A DNA stretch of 64,000 nt from Vicugna vicugna (taxonomy: Eukaryota). The notes below the pieces were generated by a model. That model did no database searches and was not told the DNA's origin. It was given only the letters and a program-made list of their open reading frames with translations. Of this stretch, positions 56,571 to 64,000 are shown one piece after another (the stretch's first letter is position 1; each line of letters opens with the position of its first letter). Position numbers and translations under genes: made by a program. Where the stretch lies: contig MU058384.1 of the NCBI GenBank assembly GCA_013265495.1, positions 5,700,792 to 5,764,791 on the forward strand, in the 5' to 3' direction.

Positions 56571-57022
56571 TGAATTAGAGTTCCCCAGAGAAAGAGCATC
56601 AATAGGATATGTATAGATACATAGCCATAAGGGGAGATTTCAGATAGAAATTGGCTCATGTGATAACAGAGGCTGAAAAGTCCCCTGGTCTGCCATTTTG
56701 CAAGCTGGACAATCAGGAAAACTAATGACAAAAATTCAGTCCGAGTCCAAGGTCCAGGGGCACAAAAGTCAGAGGGCAGGAGGAGATAGACGTCGCAGCT
56801 TAAGCAGAGAGCAGATTCACTCTTCCTCCGTCTGTTTGTTCCCTTTGGGCCCTCAGCTGATGGGATGGTGCCCACTCACACTGGTGAGGACAACCTTCTT
56901 TACTCAGTCAACCACTGATCCCTCCAAAAACACCTAAACAAACACACCCAGAAATAATATTTTGCCAGCTCTCTGGGCATCCTTTAGCCCAGACAAGCTG
57001 ACACATAAAATTCACCATCACA
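56571..57022 (-). mobile_element. MLT2-family solo LTR
   Basis: gaaattggctcatgtgat...cacacccagaaataat...acataaaattcaccatcaca. Confidence 0.85.
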
Positions 57023-57786
57023 TTCTGTAACTGTGTGGGGGAGGCTGCAGGTTGTACTGGAAATTCCTTTATCAGGTAGAGACCTGGGCAGGTAACCCCC
57101 ACATTTTCTTCTAGCTCTAAATATTGCAGATAGTTTCTGAAGGATGTTAAGAATAAAATAAAACCATTTGGAAGTGTATCAAAGTGTCCTGCAGACATAA
57201 CCTATTATTTTTATCTCACATGACGATTTTCTGCCTAAACTTGATTACGTAAACATACGTTTTCTCAAGTTTTCTTGTAGTTCTTTGAAATAATGAAGAA
57301 AGAGTCCTAGAATCAGATTACCGTAAGAAAATGGAACAGCCGTTCAGTTGACTTAAGTAATCATAATCGTGATAGAGAGATGCCATATCTGTACTTTACT
57401 TGCCTGGAGAGGCTACTTCTAGGCAAAACAAAGAGATCAGATCCCATTTTCTTAGAGGCTTGACAAGAGTTACGTTTATTCCAGTCACTAATGCTTCACA
57501 AAAGAATCCTCAGGGAAAATTAGGGTTAAGGAACTCTCTGGGAAAAGCCTCATAACATTTATTTTAAACCAGTATCACAGCAACTGCCACAACACCCGGG
57601 ACACATCCTGGAAACAGACATCCCCCCAGCCTTCCTCACGCCATCTCCCAACCCCACCCAGACTCGCGTGGGAGAGGGCATGTATCCCACCACACAGATT
57701 GGGTTATTGTGGGGGATGGCTGAACACAAGATTCTTTCTTAGAAGTGATAGTTAAAATAAATAAGATAGACTCTCTCCACAGGGAA

Positions 57787-58005
57787 AAAAACTGCTTAAT
57801 ATCACTAATTACATCAGAGAAAGGCAAATCAAAACTACCGTGAGGTGTCACCTCACACCAGTCAGAATGGCCATCCTTAAAAAGTCCACAACAGATAAAT
57901 GCTGGAGAGGGTGTGGAGGAAAGGGACCCCTCCAACACCGTTGGTGGGTACGTAGTTTGGTGCAGCTACTATGGAAGACAGCATGGAAGTTCCTTAAAAA
58001 AACGA
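57787..58005 (+). mobile_element. L1 ORF2 C-terminal fragment
   Basis: Translates [26 protein letters not shown]...[11 protein letters not shown] (L1 ORF2p Cys-rich region). Confidence 0.9.
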
Positions 58006-59107
58006 ATTTGAGCATTTCTTCACTTTCTGGCAAAAAAAAAAAAAAAAGTCAACCTAGCCCTGAAATCAGCCATTTATCCAAAAAGCTCTGGTTCCTTTAA
58101 TGGAAAATGGCATTTACTGGGTTCGGTGTGCTCATGGCTTCACTTGGTCCTGGGGCATCACTGCTCCCAGGACTTCTCAGTGGACAGAGTCAGGGGCTAT
58201 CTCTCTTTCTCTCTCTGTCTCTGACTCTCCTTGTCTCCCTCCCTCCTCCTCTGTCTCTGTCTCTATCTCTGTATCTCTCTCATCTATCTAGATTAAAGAA
58301 CAAATTTACACCAATATCTCTAATTCCAGTTCAGTTCATTTTTATTATCTGCCTAGCATGATTGTAACTCCTTGCTCCAACAGTGAGAAACCTGTTCTCT
58401 TTATCCTTAAAGTATTTCATAAAGTGGTCAATCCCCCTGTATGTAACCTATGCCCTGTTGCTCCAGCCACCCGCTCCTCTGCATGGTACCTTCACCTTTC
58501 TCAGGCTCTGATGCCCCAGGGCTACCCTCCTGCAGGGACACCCTTCTACCCCGGCTCCACCTGGTTCTCCACTGGCTCCAACACTCACACCAAGATGCTA
58601 CTTCTTCTCATGGACACCCTTCAAGCATGGTCATCCTGCTCTACCTCCCCACCCTGACCTGTGCAGACATGTGCCCTTGCTTGACCTTGTCCGAAAGATT
58701 TGGACCAAATCGTTTGAATAGAGAAGAGGAAGAATAAAACTTGTGCACCATTTAGGGTTTGCCTATTTTAAGTTTGGGTTATTTATTTAGTTATTTATGG
58801 TTGTGTGAGAAAAGCTGCATTTAAGTTTAACTACAGCTACAAATGATCTCTGGCATTTTGAATTACTGTAATTATATGAATTAATTCTTGCATTTTTTTG
58901 AACTCATGGACCTTCTAAATAGTAATAAGAATAGCCCTCAGGTGGTCCAGAAATGCAGAGTCACTCTGTGTGCATCTCTGTGGGTTTTTCAGCACCTTGC
59001 TTCCTGATGTCTCTATTCTTTCACTTTCCTATGAATGAAGGTAACCGTATCTCCTTCCACACTGCTCTGTCCCCAGCATTTCTCAGACTCCATTCCTGTC
59101 CAAGCAC

Positions 59108-59199
59108 TTTTTTAAAAATTGAGGTACAGTTGACTTACAATGTTGTGTTAGTTTCTGGTATACAGCATAGTGATTCAGTTATACCTATATATGTATATA

Positions 59200-59250
<51 letters not shown>

Positions 59251-59560
59251 CTTTTCATGATAGGCTATTACAATGTATTGAATATAGCCCCCTGTGCTAT
59301 ACCGCAGGACCTTGTGGTTTATCTATTTTATATATAGTGGTATGTATCTGCTAATTCCAAACTCCTAATTTATCCCTCCTCCCACCTCTCTCCCTGGTAA
59401 CCATAAGTTTGTTTTCTATATCTCTGAGTCTGTTTCTGTTTTGTAAATAAGTTCATTTGTGTCATTTTTTAAGATTCCACATATAAGTGACATCATATGG
59501 TATTTTTCTTTCTATTTCTGGCTTACTTCACTTAGTATAATAATCTCCAGGCCCATCCCC
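59108..59560 (-). mobile_element. L1 3' end (artiodactyl-type) containing (TA)n
   Basis: attgaggtacagttgacttacaatgttgtgttagtttctgg; TSD-like cctgtccaagca / cctgtccaggca. Confidence 0.88.
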
Positions 59561-61210
59561 TCCCTGTCCAGGCATTTCAGAGTGCCACCCCAGCCTGTTT
59601 CCCAGAATTCTGCTTTTCTTTCCCACTATATGAATGTCCTTGTGGAGCCACGTATTTCAGAAAGCACAGCTGCGATGGTTTATGGAGAGCCTGAGAAAAG
59701 CAAGGCACTCTGTTCCCTGATTCACTGGGGAAGGTCGGTAAGCCACTGTCTATAAGCGAGAGAGACAGTCTGTTACGTATTGGTTGCCCATTTGCTCATC
59801 ACAGAGGGGCCATTTTATTTGCTCCCATCGGGATCTGCCCAGGTCCCCCCAGTGCTAGGACATCTGGTCTCTCCATGTGGTACAGGCATCTCGGGGCACA
59901 GCTGTGGCCCAGCAGCTTCCCATTCCCAGCATAATGCCTTCATGGTCTTCTGGTGGTTAAAAAAAGAAAATTCCAAACAAGAATATCAAATGTTGTGTCT
60001 GTGCCATAATTATGAAAAGAAGTTAGAATAGAATGGTCACCACCAGCCTCCAGTAACTGCATGTTCCATCTGGAAGCATTTGGCATGAATTTGAGTTATG
60101 CTGATGATCACTTGGTAACCCTTGGGTTGATAATTCTGATGGCCAATTTCTGATGCAAAAGTACAATTAATGTTTTGTTGTTTCATAGTGGAAAGACTTT
60201 TCAGGGAGACACGAAATGAGGCAGGATCACAAGTATTTTTAAATAACTTGCTGGTAGGTTTTCTTTCCGTGTGCTTGGAAGGGGTAAGATTCAAGGGAAA
60301 ATGAGTGGAACTTACAAAAGCTGTGAACTCATTGCCTCTGATGGCAGGGAAGGTGTGCCGTCCCTTGGTGAATTTGCTCCAGGAGACCAGGAGGTAAGCC
60401 CGGGGAGGGTAACTGAATGTGCCAGGTTGTTTGGGGGAAATGAACAGCACTAAGGGGACAAGACCTTTCCGAGAACACACCTTGGAAACATTTACTTAGA
60501 TCAGCAATCACTTTTTCTATGAGGGGCTGCGAAAGAGTTTATATTTTTGTGCTTAGAGCAGGAAAGAAGGGAAAATGGAAAGAAGAGAGACCTAATTAGG
60601 CCAGGGCAGGATAAAGGAAAAGCTCCCTGGGGTAGAAAAAGTGCCAGGCCCTCCGGGGATGCCAAGGATAATTTTATGCCACCATGTGAGAGCAGTCACA
60701 AGGACTTTGAGCTGAAATAACAACTCTGACTTTAAATTGGCCTCTTCACCTCAAAGGAGCTCAATTAAATTCAATTCTCCCAGTGCTTCCTGAGTACCTG
60801 CTCCCCATGGGACCCCTCAAGAGACCATTTAAAGTTCCCAGGGCTTCCTTCTGTAACAGCAGACCAGCACGCTGTCACCACCTCCCTCTGCTTGCTGCTT
60901 CTGGGAACTTCTATTCATTCTTTTTGACAAGTTTTCAGTGTTACTACAGTAACGAGGCAGGCAACACCTTTCCCATGACTTGATAACTGTGTTCAGGGGA
61001 TTTAGCTGCTTGTGTCTTGAGAAGTCCACATAATTCCTGTAAATATCTTTAGATTCCCCTTTTAGGCCATTACTGCTGTTCTCCCAGCCCGGAAAGGAAG
61101 CAGCCTCTGTCTGCAGGGAGGAGAAACAAGACACTGAAGTCGAGCAGTCTGCTGCCAAGATGGCTCCTGAAACAGTGTTTGCCTCCTTTTGTGAAATAGT
61201 TCTGGATACG

Positions 61211-61576
61211 TTTTAAATTTTTTTATATACAATTTTCAAAGGCTACTATCCATTTACAGTTATTACAAAATATTGGCTATATTCCTGTGTTGTGCAATAC
61301 ATCCTTGAGCCCACCTTACACGCAGTAGCTTGTACCTCGCACTCCCCCACCTGTATGTTGCCCCTCCCCACGACTGGTAACCACTGGTTTGTTCTCTATA
61401 ACTGTGAGTCCGCTTCTTTTATGCTATGTTCACTAGTTGTAGTTTTTAGATTCCATATATAAACGATATCATACAGTATTTATCTTTCTCTGTCTGGCTT
61501 ATTTCACTTAGTATAATGTCCTCTAAGTCCATTCATGTTGCTGCAAATGGCAAAATTTCATGTTATAGTAGTATCC

Positions 61577-61613
<37 letters not shown>

Positions 61614-62030
61614 CTTCTTTTCCCATTCATCTGTTGATGGACACTTAGGTTGTTCCCATGTCTTGGCAGTCACAAATAATGCTGCTAGGAACATTGGGGT
61701 GCATGTATCTTTTCAAATTAGAGCTTTTGGTTTTTTCAGATATATACCCAACAGTGGCATTGCTGGGTCATATGACAATTCTAGTTTTAGTTTTTTGAGA
61801 AACTTCCATACTGTTTTCCACAGTGCTTACATCAATTTATAGTCCCACCAACAGTGTACAAGTGTTCCCTTTCTCCACATCCTCACCAATATTTGTTTTT
61901 TGTAGACTATTTGAGGATAGCCATCTGACAGGTGTGAGGTGATATCTCATCATGATTTTGATTTGCATTTCCCTGATAATGAGTGATGTTAAACATCTTT
62001 TCAGGTGCCTGTTGGCCATCTGCGTTTCCT
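61211..62030 (-). mobile_element. L1 3' region (ORF2 end plus 3' UTR) with (CA)n
   Basis: Minus-strand [35 protein letters not shown]; typical L1 3' UTR. Confidence 0.9.
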
Positions 62031-62974
62031 TCCTGTGCTGAGTACTTTATACATGTTTAGTTCTCAGTAAAGATTTTTAATTTATCTATTAAGAAATTCT
62101 ATCTTTAAAATGGACCTAAGGTGAAATGGAAGAACCCTTGACTCCATAATTAAATACATGATGAGTGAAGTCATTATAACCAATCTTTTAATTTCATACA
62201 AGTCTGTTTCCCCACACCTAAACATTTTATAGAAATCTTATTCATATCTTACCTTAAAGATACAATGATGCAGCTCTAGTATATAAATGTTCTTTGATTT
62301 TCTTTTCATTCATAAATGAACTACTATAGGTCAATGACTATCTCCTCAAAATTAGAGACTCACAGCTTTTGGCATGACTAAAGATTTACATCTTTGTTCC
62401 AAATATATCGTTTCTAAGACCTACCCTTTTTTGTTTATAAACCTATCTCTCAACTTTCATATTTTCATTTTCCAATTAATTTGTAACATGATAAGATCTA
62501 GCACAATAAAATATTTTAGAAATGTACCCACCTGCTGTTCACACACATTACAAACCGACCAAACTGATCTATTGGCTGGCAGGCAGTGACCCCGTGCAGA
62601 GCTCAAAATGTTTGTTCCTCAGCTGAGCGTACAACAGTCTAAAAGCAGCACTACCACATGTGGTTGGGCAGAGTCGAATGTTGCCTTTATAGAAAAAAGT
62701 GTCAGGGCAGTCTTCCAGCTGGGACAAGGGAAAGAAAACAGATCTGTGTGTTGCCTCCTATTAGACACACTTATGGTGGTAAGACGTTCTCAATTCACAG
62801 AAACCTTGAGGGGTATTGTCTTCTCCACATTTTTAGAAGAAAACAAATTTAGGCTCAGTGAAGTTAAAAAACTCGCCCAAGGTCATACGGTTAATAAACG
62901 CAGAGTTCATCTGGGATTGGAACTCAGAAATATTTAGTTTGAGAAATTGTCCTCCCACGCAGAAACAAGGTAGC

Positions 62975-63285
62975 CTCACCCCGTGGTATCTGTGGGGGAT
63001 TGGATCCAGGGCCCCCAGAATACTCAAATCCATGGATGCTCAATTCCTTTATATAAAACGGCACAGTATTTGCATGTAATCTATGTGGATCCTACCATGT
63101 ACTTTAAGTCATCCCCAGGTTGCTTAAAATACCAAACACAATGTAAATGCTATGGAAATAATTGCCAGCATGTGGCAAAGTTAAAATTTGCTTTTGGGAA
63201 CTTCCTGGAACTAAACAACAACAACAACAAAAAAAAACACTTCTGATACACAGATGTGAAAACCACTGATGCAGAAGGGTGACTG
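62975..63285 (+). mobile_element. MER2-type (Tigger-derived) non-autonomous DNA transposon
   Basis: ggtatctgtgggggattggatccagg...atccatggatgctcaa...gaagggtgactg terminal repeat remnant. Confidence 0.8.
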
Positions 63286-64000
63286 CTCACCAAAGCCACT
63301 CGTGCCTCCTCGAGTGACAACTATTACGGGATTTGCTGCTGACGCTGCTGCTGCTATTGTTGTTATTATTATAATTCTTATTATTTGGACGACTACACTG
63401 AGGAACTTGGGGCAGACCAGTTGCTCTGTCTCTCTACACATTAAAAAAAAAATCCTTGGCAGCTCTAAACACAAACGTTAAGTTATTGGAAGATTTGGAA
63501 GCCTTATATCAAAGATTAGCCAACTAGGCCTTTATAATATCTTTTTGACTGGTTTTTTGGCTTCAAATTTTATTTTTAGTAAATTATCAAACACACAGCA
63601 ACATGAAGTACATATGAAAGAGGAACATCGTGGCGAGAAATGAGATGTTTGACAGAAAGGGCAACCTTTAGAGACCTGTAGATGAAGAAGCACACACCAA
63701 CCACGCTACTTCTCTTCAGTTGTTCGTTCTTGGGAAAGCATTTGGCTGATGAATCATCTTAGTAATGCTTTTTAAAAAATTGGAAATGTGCTGAGTGAGC
63801 TTCAGAGCTGAGCTAGTTATGGTCAAACACATTTCCAATTTTTAGCTGACTCCGAGAGATTCTGTTTGGCCAGTTGTTGCAAATGAGATCACTTTACATG
63901 AACACTTGGAGCAAATCGTGGTGCTCTGAGCCCCCATCTGCTTGATTAGTTAGAACTGTAGTTTTTTCTTGGGGTTTGCATCCCCAAACATTTTGAAACT

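Noticed and set aside
56267..56875. 202-aa minus-strand ORF
   Set aside because: Lies across an MLT2 LTR and an L3 fragment

Overview
Mammalian genomic DNA, most likely camelid given repeated tRNA-Ala-derived Vic-1-type SINEs. It contains the SGK1 (serum/glucocorticoid-regulated kinase 1) locus on the + strand. The canonical 12-exon CDS (36930..41437) assembles with GT-AG introns into 431 aa. Three further upstream coding exons end in phase 1 and can splice onto the same exon 2 acceptor (37148): the last isoform-specific exon of long SGK1.1 (13268..13343), a MKEEAIKSPLK micro-exon (34356..34389) and the MGEMQG exon (35973..36090). Bases 1 to ~37 kb are therefore intronic to the long isoform. 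The promoter has a CpG island, a TATA box, GC boxes, a GRE and a 23-nt assembly gap. Downstream of the poly(A) signal (42446) is repeat-rich intergenic DNA (L1, L2, L3/CR1, MIR, MLT2, MER2). I see no evidence for a wholly new biological system. The most unusual items are a TSD-flanked, tail-less 5' half of tRNA-Val(CAC) ending at the anticodon, a SINE whose 3' end and (GAA)n tail are tandemly duplicated in the SGK1.1 intron, a decayed N-terminal extension on one alternative exon, and an ERV-L pol remnant. Repeat family assignments and comparisons to human/mouse are from recall, not database searches, and repeat boundaries are approximate.
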